64,000 nt of DNA from the NCBI GenBank assembly GCA_036338695.1, contig JAYZBQ010000076.1, positions 930 through 64,929 on the forward strand, written 5' to 3'. The notes under the pieces are model-generated. The model saw nothing but the letters and a program-made list of their open reading frames with translations. It was not told the DNA's origin and ran no database searches. This document shows, one piece after another, positions 45,895-54,906 of this stretch; position 1 is the first letter of the stretch; the number at the start of each line of letters is the position of its first letter. The translations under genes and the position numbers were made by a program. The DNA comes from Myxococcota bacterium. GTDB lineage: Bacteria; Myxococcota; UBA4151.

Positions 45895-46449
45895 ATGGAT
45901 GTAGCAGTTACCTTTCGACACATGGAGCCAACGGACGCGCTCAAACAGTACGTCGATGAGAAGGTGAGCAAGATCGCACGGCATCTGGTCAAGGAGAGCG
46001 GAGCCGAGGTGGTTTTGAGCGTTGAGCGGCATCACCACCACGCCGACATCCGGTTGAAGTCGGGTGGGGTTGCGATGAGGGGGCACGAGACCTCCACGGA
46101 TATGTACAACTCGATCGATCGCGCCGTGTCGAAGATCGAGCGGCAGCTGAGCCGATATCAAGGGAAACTGCGTCGGTTTAACCAACCGAAGCCGGTGGCA
46201 ACCGTGCTCTTGCACACGTTGGAGCGCGAAGAGGAGAGCACCGAGGCACCGGAACCCGCCACCAAGTTGGTCCGCTCGCGCAGTTTTGACGCCCACCCGC
46301 TGAGCGTCGACGAGGCGATGATGCAGATCGACTTGTTGAACAACGCGTTTCTCGTCTTCGTGAACGCGGACTCGGGTTCGATCAACGTCCTTTATCGACT
46401 TGAGAACGATGACGGCTTTGGGTTGATTGATACGGGCAACTCGACCTAG
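45895..46449 (+). CDS. hpf: Ribosome hibernation promoting factor (long HPF)
   Basis: MDVAVTFRHMEPTDALKQYVDEKVSKI plus a C-terminal dimerisation domain. Confidence 0.85.
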   Translation: MDVAVTFRHMEPTDALKQYVDEKVSKIARHLVKESGAEVVLSVERHHHHADIRLKSGGVAMRGHETSTDMYNSIDRAVSKIERQLSRYQGKLRRFNQPKPVATVLLHTLEREEESTEAPEPATKLVRSRSFDAHPLSVDEAMMQIDLLNNAFLVFVNADSGSINVLYRLENDDGFGLIDTGNST

Positions 46450-46490
46450 ACCATTTCCTGTCGTGAGGGCGTAGGAGCGACGATCACACC

Positions 46491-46931
46491 ATGCTTTCGT
46501 TCCTTCGTGAGCGCGCCATTGACCTCGCATTTGTGTGCGAGAGTCACGTCGGCTTGTTGCGGCGGATCAGTTCGCTGTGCGCCGAGGTCGATGGCGGCGT
46601 CGAGGTGGCGCAAGCGACGTCTGCCCTGATGGAGCGAGAGCGCCTCGGCAGCGTGGTGGTAGCGCCTGGGATCGCGCTGCCGCACGCTCGGGTCGGTGGG
46701 ATTAACGAGCCGGTCGTGGCGGTGGTACGCACCGTGCACCCTGTTGCGTTTGACGAGGGCGCCGTCACCTTATCGGTCGGCATCTTGACGCCGGAGCAGG
46801 CGACCTCGACGCACCTTGAACTGCTCCGGTTTTGGGCGTCGTTGCTGCGAGACGATGCGGCGCGTGGCGCGCTGCTCCGCCTTGAAGACCCTTCGCAGGT
46901 GATGTCGGTCGTGGGAGCTCACCGGTGCTGA
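46491..46931 (+). CDS. ptsN: PTS EIIA(Ntr) PtsN
   Basis: Fructose/mannitol-type EIIA fold with the phosphorylatable His in GIALPHARV. Confidence 0.8.
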   Translation: MLSFLRERAIDLAFVCESHVGLLRRISSLCAEVDGGVEVAQATSALMERERLGSVVVAPGIALPHARVGGINEPVVAVVRTVHPVAFDEGAVTLSVGILTPEQATSTHLELLRFWASLLRDDAARGALLRLEDPSQVMSVVGAHRC

Positions 46932-47893
46932 CCTTAAAGGTTGAAGAGCTCCTCGATCGGCGTGGTGCGCTGCTGGATCTGCGTTTGCTCGCAGGGCACG
47001 CCGGCATCGAGCGTCAGGTGACAGCGCCACGTGTTCAAAAGCAAGGGCTGGTCTTGGTCGGCGTGACGGACGCCCTCCGTCCTGGTCGGATCCAGGTGTT
47101 GGGCCAGACCGAGCTTGAGTTCATGGCGAACATGGCGCCCGATGCGCTGGATCGTGCTTGCGCTGCGCTGGCGGGTAGCCAAGCAGCAGCGGTTTTGATC
47201 ACCAGCGGTCTGCCCTGCCCCGCTCCGCTCGCAGCTCACGCAGAGCGACAACGCATGCCCATCTTGGGGTCTCGACAGACGTCGAGCGAGGCGATCTATG
47301 CGCTCCAAGCCCGTATGGAGCGAGCGCTGGCGCCGCGCACCAGCATCCACGGCGTGCTCGTCGATATACTCGGGCAAGGCCTCTTACTGCTCGGACAATC
47401 TGGGATCGGAAAGTCGGAGTGTGCGCTGAGCTTGATCGCCAAAGGCCATCGCTTGATCGCCGATGACGTCGTTGAGGTGACCCAAGAGGGTCACGCTTTG
47501 GTTGGGCGCGGGGTCGAGATGATGCGTCACCTGCTGGAGGTCCGCGGGCTTGGGATCGTTGACGTCAAGGAGCTGTACGGTGTCGGCGCGGTGCGTTACG
47601 ACAAGCGCATCGACATGGTCGTCGAGTTGGCGGCGTGGCGTGAGGGGATGCAGGTCGACCGGCTCGGCCTCGACGAGCAGTACTACACTCTCTTGAAGGT
47701 GGATTTACCATACGTCGTCATCCCGGTTCGGCCCGGGCGTGACTTGTCGACCATGATCGAGGTGGCAGCTCGAAACCAGCTGCTGCGCGCTGGGAAGATT
47801 CACAGCTCGCACGATTTTTCCAAACGCCTTCAACGTCAGGTGGAGCGCAACTTTTACAGCGCCAGCGGTCACGTTGAGAAAGAGGACTCATGA
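46925..47893 (+). CDS. hprK: HPr kinase/phosphorylase HprK
   Basis: Walker A GQSGIGKSECAL and the conserved LEVRGLGI. Confidence 0.85.
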   Translation: MLTLKVEELLDRRGALLDLRLLAGHAGIERQVTAPRVQKQGLVLVGVTDALRPGRIQVLGQTELEFMANMAPDALDRACAALAGSQAAAVLITSGLPCPAPLAAHAERQRMPILGSRQTSSEAIYALQARMERALAPRTSIHGVLVDILGQGLLLLGQSGIGKSECALSLIAKGHRLIADDVVEVTQEGHALVGRGVEMMRHLLEVRGLGIVDVKELYGVGAVRYDKRIDMVVELAAWREGMQVDRLGLDEQYYTLLKVDLPYVVIPVRPGRDLSTMIEVAARNQLLRAGKIHSSHDFSKRLQRQVERNFYSASGHVEKEDS

Positions 47894-48735
47894 GTCATAC
47901 GATCGTCGTCGCAGGGTTATCGGGCTCGGGTAAATCGACTGCGCTCAACGTCCTCGAGGATCTCGGGTACCTTGTGGTTCAAAACCTGCCGTCTGAGCTC
48001 GGGGCTCATTGGCTCGCGTGGGCTAAGGAGCGCTCCCCCGATCGACCGCGTGCGGTCGGATTGCATCTTCCGGGTGAAACCTCGAGCGTGCCGGATTGGA
48101 TCGAGGACGAGCCCGCAACGCTGGTCTGCCTTGAAGCGAGCGATCAATCGCTCGTTCGGCGCTTTTCCGAGACCCGGAGACGTCACCCGTGGTCGACCAA
48201 CTGGGAGACTTTGGTTGAGACCCTAACGCATGAGCGTCAATGCTTAGCGCCCTTTCGCGAGCGCTGTGATCATCACGTCGATACCAGCTCGATGAGCGCG
48301 AGTGAGCTGCGTCAGTTTTTTCTGGCGACCTTCGCTGTCGACCCGCACCAGATTCAGCTCAACGTCGTCACCTTTGGGTTCAAGCGCGGGGTCCCCTCTT
48401 ATCTCGACTTGTGCGTCGATGTCCGTTTTCTCCCCAACCCTTACTGGGACCTCAGCTTGCGCGAGCTGACGGGACATGATCAGGCGGTCGCTGATGCGGT
48501 GCTGACCAACCCTTCGGCTCAGCGTTGGCTTCGAGAGCAGGTCGAGTCGATCCACTGGCAGTACAACGCTTTTGTCGAGGCAGGTAAAAGCTACCTGACG
48601 ATCGGGGTCGGCTGTACCGGCGGTCGACACCGTTCTGTGGCAATGGCGCTGGCGCTCGCCGAGGGGCTGCGTGCGGTCGGCCTGAGGGTCAATGTTCGTC
48701 ATCGTGAGACGCCACCTCCGACCGAGCCAACCTGA
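47890..48735 (+). CDS. rapZ: RNase adapter / nucleotide-binding protein RapZ (YhbJ)
   Basis: P-loop GLSGSGKSTALNVLEDLGY and C-terminal GCTGGRHRSV. Confidence 0.85.
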   Translation: MSHTIVVAGLSGSGKSTALNVLEDLGYLVVQNLPSELGAHWLAWAKERSPDRPRAVGLHLPGETSSVPDWIEDEPATLVCLEASDQSLVRRFSETRRRHPWSTNWETLVETLTHERQCLAPFRERCDHHVDTSSMSASELRQFFLATFAVDPHQIQLNVVTFGFKRGVPSYLDLCVDVRFLPNPYWDLSLRELTGHDQAVADAVLTNPSAQRWLREQVESIHWQYNAFVEAGKSYLTIGVGCTGGRHRSVAMALALAEGLRAVGLRVNVRHRETPPPTEPT

Positions 48736-48802
48736 GTCAAGAAAAGTCCTATTTTGCAGCGTGGGAAGCTGTGGTAGGCGCCGCCAGCCTTGAGGGGGCG
48801 TC

Positions 48803-49240
48803 ATGATCGGTATTGTACTCGTCACACATGGTACGCTCGGCGAATCTTTGCTTGAGTCGGCGGCTTGGGTCATCGGCTCACCGGTCGAGGGCGTGGTGAA
48901 CGTGCCGATGGACCCGGACGCCTCGCCCGACGATCAAGCGCGACGAATCGCAGCTGCAGCGCACCGTTTCGAGGGCGGCGCCTTGATCCTCACGGATCTG
49001 TTCGGTGGCACACCTCAGAACCTCGCGTTGACCCTACTTGAACAAGGCCGGGTGGACGTGATCAGCGGTGTGAGCCTTCCGATGCTGCTCGGTGCGGTGG
49101 CGCTCCAAAATGAAGGGCACGACGTCCATGCCTGCGCCGTCAAGCTGAGGGATAAAGCAAGAAACGCCATCGTGGTCGCCGGAGACACCTTGCGTCGCCA
49201 CGCTGAGGCGAGCCGAGAGTTACCTGCGGTGACGTCGTGA
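48803..49240 (+). CDS. PTS EIIA, mannose/sorbose family
   Basis: MIGIVLVTHGTLGESLLESA (phospho-His region); about 145 aa. Confidence 0.75.
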   Translation: MIGIVLVTHGTLGESLLESAAWVIGSPVEGVVNVPMDPDASPDDQARRIAAAAHRFEGGALILTDLFGGTPQNLALTLLEQGRVDVISGVSLPMLLGAVALQNEGHDVHACAVKLRDKARNAIVVAGDTLRRHAEASRELPAVTS

Positions 49241-49506
49241 GCACGGGCACGTTTACGCTTCAGAACCGCCTTGGTCTTCACGCTCGTGCAGCAGCACGGC
49301 TCGCTTCGGTGCTCAACGAAGCCTCCGGTGATGTGTGGGTCGACTATTCAGGCCGTCGGGTCAACGGGAAGTCGATTTTAGGGCTCTTGATGTTGGCGGC
49401 GCCGATGGGCAGCGAGCTCGACATCGAGGTGAGCGGTGAGAACGCGGCTGCGGTGCTCGAGGCGGTATCCGTCCTCATTGAGAATCGATTTGGTGAGGCT
49501 GAGTGA
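49237..49506 (+). CDS. ptsH: Phosphocarrier protein HPr/NPr
   Basis: GLHARAAARL, with the active His and a regulatory Ser region (GKSILGLL). Confidence 0.75.
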   Translation: MSTGTFTLQNRLGLHARAAARLASVLNEASGDVWVDYSGRRVNGKSILGLLMLAAPMGSELDIEVSGENAAAVLEAVSVLIENRFGEAE

Positions 49507-51236
49507 TCAAATCGGGCCGGCGGACGCTAACGGGCTGCGCCGTGGGAAGCGGTTGGGTTCAGGGGCAGATTCGCCGAGTCGATGACCCCGAAGATGGGGT
49601 CGCCTTACGTCACATCGCGCCACATGAGGTAGCCGATGAGGTGCGTCAACTCGACGGCGCAATCGACGCCGTCGTGACCCAGATGCGGCGAGCGCTCGAT
49701 AAATTCCAAGAACGGCGCAACCTGATCGTCGAGGGCGGCGATGTCCTCAACGCACACCTCAACCTGGCTAAAGACCCAGAGATTCGACGGCGTGTGGTCG
49801 ACATGATCACCGACAAACAGATCAACGCCAGCTGGGGGCTCAAACGCGTCCTTGCGCAGGTGGAGGATGAATTCGCCGCGCTCGATGATCCGTACATAGC
49901 TTCGCGTATTCTCGATGTTCAGCAGGTCTTTACGCGGCTGCAGCGTCAGTTGAGCGGCGCGGAAGCTGAGCAGGAATTGACCGTCGAGCTTGGCAGCGCG
50001 GACATCCTTTTGGCGCGCGACCTTGAGCCCGTACGTGCGCTCGCCATTCTCGAGCAGAGCCCGGCGGCGATTATCACCGAGGAGGGTTCTGCGACGTCGC
50101 ATCTCGCGTTGTTGTGTCGTGCGCTGGGTGTCCCTGGAATGGTCGGGGTGAAGGGCGCAACCGAGCACCTTCTGCCAGGTGATCAGGTGCTCATTGATCT
50201 CGAGGAGGGCGTGCTCGTGCGCGCGCCGGACCGTCGCGATGTGGCGATGGCGAAGGCGCACTCGGTTGAGGGTGCGTTGCACCTGGCTGACCCCGTCCTT
50301 CCGGCGGTGACGGAGGACGGCGCCCAGATCACGTTGCTCGCGAACCTGGACACGACGGTGGCGCTGGCGGACGCCCGGGTTCAGGGCGCTGATGGTGTTG
50401 GCCTGTTTCGAAGCGAGTACCTCTATTTGCGGCGGGCAGAGCATGAAGATCAGGTCGATGTGTATCGACAGATTCTCAGCGGCATCGACGGCCCAGTGAC
50501 CGTGCGCACCTTTGACATCGGCTCCGATAAATTACCCCTTGGGCAGCGGCGAGAGCCCAACCCGGCGCTGGGTTTGCGAGCGCTTAGAAGCTATCAAGTC
50601 GACCCGCGCGCCTTTCGTCAGCAGCTTAGCGGGCTGATGCGCGCGGCTACAGGCGATGGTCGCCTGCGCATTTTGTTGCCGATGGTCGATGGGGTTGAGA
50701 GTTGGGCCTGGGCGGTGGACGAGGTGGAGCGCTCGGGCGAGGCAGAGGGCAAACGCCGCGGCGTGGATTATCATCTCGGCGCGATGATCGAGTTGCCCAG
50801 CGCCTTGTTTGCGATCGACGAGCTCGCTGAACGAGCGGACTTTCTCTGCCTAGGTACCAACGACCTGATCCAGTACTTGCTGGGTGTCGACCGTCAAAAT
50901 CCACAAATGTCTGGGTACGCTAAAATGACGCACCCAGCGGTGTTGCGCGCCCTCAAGCGGGTCATCGAGAGCAGCGCAGCGCGGCAGGTTCCGCTGAGCT
51001 GCTGTGGGGAGATGGCGTCGTCGGCGGTCGGGATCATGATTTTGGTCGGGCTAGGGCTCAGGCGTTTGTCGCTGCCGCCGCTCGACCTCGGTAGAGCGCG
51101 GACCTTCCTGCGCCGAAGCCGAGTGGCCGTGTTTGAGGGGCTGGTAGCCCAAGCCTTATCGCTGGACAGCGCCGCTGAGATCGAGTCCATGCTCCAGGCG
51201 CATTACCAGGACTGGAAACTGGACCAGAGCCGCTAG
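49503..51236 (+). CDS. ptsI: Phosphoenolpyruvate-protein phosphotransferase (Enzyme I)
   Basis: Phospho-His domain GSATSHLALL, PEP-utilising signature GLFRSEYLYL, and LGTNDLIQYLLGVDR. Confidence 0.85.
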   Translation: MIKSGRRTLTGCAVGSGWVQGQIRRVDDPEDGVALRHIAPHEVADEVRQLDGAIDAVVTQMRRALDKFQERRNLIVEGGDVLNAHLNLAKDPEIRRRVVDMITDKQINASWGLKRVLAQVEDEFAALDDPYIASRILDVQQVFTRLQRQLSGAEAEQELTVELGSADILLARDLEPVRALAILEQSPAAIITEEGSATSHLALLCRALGVPGMVGVKGATEHLLPGDQVLIDLEEGVLVRAPDRRDVAMAKAHSVEGALHLADPVLPAVTEDGAQITLLANLDTTVALADARVQGADGVGLFRSEYLYLRRAEHEDQVDVYRQILSGIDGPVTVRTFDIGSDKLPLGQRREPNPALGLRALRSYQVDPRAFRQQLSGLMRAATGDGRLRILLPMVDGVESWAWAVDEVERSGEAEGKRRGVDYHLGAMIELPSALFAIDELAERADFLCLGTNDLIQYLLGVDRQNPQMSGYAKMTHPAVLRALKRVIESSAARQVPLSCCGEMASSAVGIMILVGLGLRRLSLPPLDLGRARTFLRRSRVAVFEGLVAQALSLDSAAEIESMLQAHYQDWKLDQSR

Positions 51237-51616
51237 AACGGCGAGGGCTCGGTAGCGAATCCCAGCTCGATCTCTGGGGCGTCGGCCCAGAGCGACTCAA
51301 GGTCGTAATACATCCGCGCGGGGCGGTAGAAGACATGGACCACGACGTCACCATGGTCGAGCAGCACCCAGTTTCCGCTCTCGCCACCTTCATGGCCGAC
51401 GAGCGAGAGCCCCAGCTCGCTGGCTTTGCCGCTGATTCGATCGGCGATCGCTCGAACCTGACGGTCGGAGGCTCCGGATACGAACAGCATGGCGTCTGTG
51501 TATGCGCAGCGACCGCGTAAATCGAGGAGGCGAATCGACTCTCCTTTGACGTCATCCGCTGCGCGCGCAAGCGCTCGACCCAGTTCGATCAGCTCGTCAG
51601 TTGTGGTCTCGCTCAA
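51233..51616 (-). CDS. rsfS: Ribosomal silencing factor RsfS (Iojap)
   Basis: 127 aa with LLDLRGRCAYTDAMLFVSGASDRQVRAIADRI. Overlaps the ptsI end convergently by 4 nt. Confidence 0.8.
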   Translation of the reverse strand: MSETTTDELIELGRALARAADDVKGESIRLLDLRGRCAYTDAMLFVSGASDRQVRAIADRISGKASELGLSLVGHEGGESGNWVLLDHGDVVVHVFYRPARMYYDLESLWADAPEIELGFATEPSPF

Positions 51617-51666
51617 TTCAACCCCTCATCCTTGGGCGCTTACTGCCTGAGCCAAGTCGGTGCTGT

Positions 51667-52668
51667 CTACTTGAGTTTCGGATTCTTGAGCCCTGCGTCG
51701 GGGCGCTCGAGGACTTTGATCCCTCGGTCTTTAAGGTACGAGGTGCCCGGTCGATCGCGCCGGCTGCGACGCAGTGTTTTCAAAAACTCTTCGGGTGCGT
51801 TGATCGTCGGCGCGCTCGAGATGCTCACGTAGCCCGCGTTGACGCTCAGTTTCAGCTCGCCTTCACCGTCCTTCAGCGGGCGCGTCGCGCGTGCGGACAT
51901 GCGAACGCTCAGTAAAACCCCGCTGCTTCGGTCCACGCAAAGCGTCCCATCAACCGAGTCGAGCACGAGGCTCGCTCGCCAGCCTTTGAGCTCCGAGAGC
52001 GCACCTTTGAGCGAGCTGGACTCAAAGGCAGCGGGCGCCGCCGCCTTGCGCAGCGCAAAACAGGCAGCGGTGCGACCAACGAGCGTCTTGTCGTCGGCTT
52101 TCTTGAGGGTGATCAGCCGACCGATGAGGTTCCAGCCGGTCCCGCCGAGCGCGTAAGCCTCATCAGCGTAGTGGAGCCGTTTTGCCTCGAGATCCTTACT
52201 CGCCACGTAGTTTCCATTCTGGTACTTTCGGTAAAGCCGACCGTTCGAGTAGACGATGCGCTGGAAGAACCCACCGTCGTTACTCACCGAGACGTCCAGC
52301 GATCCGGTGCCGGACTGTGAGCGGATCTCCGCCTCTTCGTCGATGCCGAGTTGTTTGCCGTCGACTTTACCGTAGCTCAGCGTCGCCTGACCTTGCCAGA
52401 CGTGATGGTCGGCCAGCCGCAGCTGCGCCTCACGCCAGGACATCTCCCAGACCCGGCTCAGAGCTTTGCGGTCGCTCGCGAGCGCATCGACGTCGATGCG
52501 CTCATTCGCCGCCAAGCGAGCGGGGCTCGCTTCGACGCGTGCGCCCACTCGCGCCTTGGCTTCCGCTTTGACCCGAGCGCGCTCGCCGTCACACGAACAA
52601 CCGGACGAGACCAGCGTCAGCAGCGAGAGCGCGCTAATCGCCCTCGGTAAGCTGATCGAGTATGGCAT
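51667..52668 (-). CDS. Hypothetical lipoprotein
   Basis: MPYSISLPRAISALSLLTLVSSGCSC from the ATG at 52668; no family recognised. Confidence 0.4.
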   Translation of the reverse strand: MPYSISLPRAISALSLLTLVSSGCSCDGERARVKAEAKARVGARVEASPARLAANERIDVDALASDRKALSRVWEMSWREAQLRLADHHVWQGQATLSYGKVDGKQLGIDEEAEIRSQSGTGSLDVSVSNDGGFFQRIVYSNGRLYRKYQNGNYVASKDLEAKRLHYADEAYALGGTGWNLIGRLITLKKADDKTLVGRTAACFALRKAAAPAAFESSSLKGALSELKGWRASLVLDSVDGTLCVDRSSGVLLSVRMSARATRPLKDGEGELKLSVNAGYVSISSAPTINAPEEFLKTLRRSRRDRPGTSYLKDRGIKVLERPDAGLKNPKLK

Positions 52669-53401
52669 TTCGTTCCTCCGCCGCCTCTTTGTGACCCTCG
52701 ACCGCACCCCGCACCTTCTGGATCACCTCATAGGGCGCTTTCAGGGGAGAGGCGACGTTGTCACCGGCCGCCTTTTGAACCTGTTTGATCGGTTTGACCA
52801 GGCTTTCGGTCGCCACCTTCACCTTGGCGCCCACGGGGGTGTCACCATACTCTTCTGAGACGAACATCAAGAGCGCCATCACGCCACAAGCAAAGGCGAG
52901 TATCTTAAGAAACCCTTGAAGCACGCGCAGCGCAAACACGATAAAGATGATGCCGATCGCGAGCAGCATCCAACCGGGTGAGCCAGTGGGGGGCGCAAAG
53001 GGCTGATCTGGTGTTGGGCGGCTTGATGGGCTCGCCGGCTTTCGTTTGCTGCGCTTGCCAGTCGCTCCGAGCTCCGCTTCGTCGTCCTCTTCCTCTGCTA
53101 AAAGCTCCTCGAGAAGCCGCTGGCTGGACTTTTTCTTCGATTTTTTTTGGCCGCGGCCGCGGGCTTTGAGCTCCTCGAGGCGCTGGCGATCCTGGGCGCC
53201 CGAGCCGGTGTTCTCTTCGAGCTCACCGAGCACCTGACCATCATCGTCAAGGATCTGAACGTTACGGCGAAAACGCGGCGGAACCAGCTCGGCGTCGCTC
53301 ACGATGTGCTGGTTTCCTTGGTTGTCGGTGTATTGAAAAAGTGCACCAAATAACTGAAAACTCGACGAAAATGCTAAGCTGAAGATGGCGGCAACCCACA
53401 T
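52634..53401 (-). CDS. DUF4124-like membrane-anchored protein
   Basis: N-terminal signal/anchor then YTDNQGNQHIVSD, which fits the DUF4124 W/YxDxxGxxHYSD motif. Charged Lys/Glu-rich linker and a C-terminal TM segment. Confidence 0.45.
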   Translation of the reverse strand: MWVAAIFSLAFSSSFQLFGALFQYTDNQGNQHIVSDAELVPPRFRRNVQILDDDGQVLGELEENTGSGAQDRQRLEELKARGRGQKKSKKKSSQRLLEELLAEEEDDEAELGATGKRSKRKPASPSSRPTPDQPFAPPTGSPGWMLLAIGIIFIVFALRVLQGFLKILAFACGVMALLMFVSEEYGDTPVGAKVKVATESLVKPIKQVQKAAGDNVASPLKAPYEVIQKVRGAVEGHKEAAEERNAILDQLTEGD

Positions 53402-53509
53402 GGTGGAACTCTCTCCTCACGCGCCGGGTATCTCGCGTTCGCATCCAAAACATCAAGCAGCTTGAGCGAGGTGAGCGGATCTGCGGGCGCGAGCGCGGCG
53501 CGGGCTGGT

Positions 53510-53543
53510 CGTACTCAAAAAGGTGAACATCCCTTTGAGTACG
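53510..53543. promoter_or_regulatory. Perfect 10-bp inverted repeat (CGTACTCAAA-N14-TTTGAGTACG) in the long upstream region of hup
   Basis: Read directly. It is the only perfect palindrome of this length noticed in an intergenic region. Candidate operator or RNA hairpin about 145 nt upstream of the HU start. Confidence 0.3.
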
Positions 53544-53685
53544 CGGGATGTGGCCGCGTTCGACCTCATGGGTTTTGCCCGAATTGGGGTTGCACGGCCG
53601 GCCGGGCTTGCCTACGGTCCGGACCACTTCAATCCCGTGTCCCGCTGGGGGGCACATTAACAGGCAAGCCCATAAGGAGAAAATT

Positions 53686-53997
53686 GTGGCAACTGTGAAC
53701 AAGAACACGCTCGCTGGTCGTCTGGCCGAGAAGACCAACCTCTCGCAGAAGGACGCTGGTCGCGTGCTCAACGCCCTGTTCGGCGGCAAGCTGGACGGTA
53801 ACGACAACAACGGCTTGATCGCCGACGCGCTGTCGAACAACGAGCAGATCTCGCTCCCCGGCTTCGGTCGCTTCTTCAGCCAGCACCGCAAGGCGCGCAC
53901 GGGTCTCAACCCGCAGACCAAGCAAGCGATTGAAATTCCTGCACGCAACGTGCCGAAGTTCAGCGCTGGTAAGTCCCTCAAGGACGCCACGGCGTAA
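53686..53997 (+). CDS. hup: Histone-like DNA-binding protein HU
   Basis: GTG at 53686 with AAGGAGA 7 nt upstream. VNKNTLAGRLAEKTNLSQKDAGRVLNALF...GFGRF...RTGLNPQTKQAIEIPARNVPKFSAGKSLKDA is the HU/IHF fold. The arm carries a GGKLDGNDNNGL insertion. Confidence 0.8.
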   Translation: MATVNKNTLAGRLAEKTNLSQKDAGRVLNALFGGKLDGNDNNGLIADALSNNEQISLPGFGRFFSQHRKARTGLNPQTKQAIEIPARNVPKFSAGKSLKDATA

Positions 53998-54042
53998 GGT
54001 CTTTGCACCGAGAGACCGCCGCACAGTCGGCGGTTGGGAGGA

Positions 54043-54071
54043 GAGCGCCAAGTGCGCTCTTCTTTCTTTTT
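54043..54071 (+). terminator. Rho-independent terminator of hup
   Basis: GAGCGC-caagt-GCGCTC followed by TTCTTTCTTTTT. A second weaker hairpin (GACCGCCG / CGGCGGTT) lies just upstream. Confidence 0.6.
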
Positions 54072-54088
54072 GCTCGCTGGTGTAGCGG

Positions 54089-54820
54089 GTGTTGCGAATC
54101 AGAGGAGGCGCCGTGGTCTTTGGATTGTTTGGTAGCAAAGTAGAGCGACTCAAAAAGGCTGTTCGACAACGCTATGGACAGCATGAGCCGCGCAAAGACG
54201 CGATGATGCGTCTGCTTCAGATGGCGGATCTCGAGGCGTACCGCGCCGTCCTGAGCCGCTTTACGGTCAACTGTGACTCGCCACACTGGGATGAGAAGGA
54301 GAAGACCTGGCTCGCTGCGCGCTTGTTGGAGCGCCAGGGGGATGCGGCTCTTCTGCAAGCCCTGCAAGAGCTCTTGATGACCGGCGAGCGCCTCAACCAG
54401 GCGCTCGGAGTCGCCGAGCAGCTCATGAGCGCTGACGACTACCGAAGCTGGACCGAGCAGGCGTTCGAGCGACGTCTCGGAGACCATCGGGCGGTCGATG
54501 CTTGCGTCGAGCTGGTCGGAGCGCTTGGGCGACTCGGTGGCGACGCAGCGCTCAAAGCCGGTCTCGCGGCCATCGCTGACCGCACCGACGAGGTCATCTT
54601 GGAGGGCCTCAACGTTTTGGAGCGTTGCGAGGGCGAAGGGCTCGCCGCTGCGCTCTATGACCTCGCCCATGATGAACTGCAGATGCCGCGTGTGGTGAGG
54701 CGTGCCGGTCAAGCGCTCGTGGTGCTAGGCCTTGAAGATCCCAAAGCGCGCACCGAACTGCCGGAAGCGCTGGCTGAAGATTTTGTCATAAAGGGTGGCC
54801 GGTTGGCCGCAAGAACGTAG
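54089..54820 (+). CDS. Hypothetical HEAT-repeat protein
   Basis: Helical repeats with LLERQGDAALLQALQELL and LGRLGGDAALKAGLAAIA, consistent with PBS-lyase-type HEAT repeats. Confidence 0.4.
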   Translation: MLRIRGGAVVFGLFGSKVERLKKAVRQRYGQHEPRKDAMMRLLQMADLEAYRAVLSRFTVNCDSPHWDEKEKTWLAARLLERQGDAALLQALQELLMTGERLNQALGVAEQLMSADDYRSWTEQAFERRLGDHRAVDACVELVGALGRLGGDAALKAGLAAIADRTDEVILEGLNVLERCEGEGLAAALYDLAHDELQMPRVVRRAGQALVVLGLEDPKARTELPEALAEDFVIKGGRLAART

Positions 54821-54906
54821 CTCATTTCGCACGATCGACCATTGACCCCGTCGGGGCCAGCGGGAATAAGAGTGCGTCTAAGAACAATGAGCCTTCGCGA
54901 CGAGGA

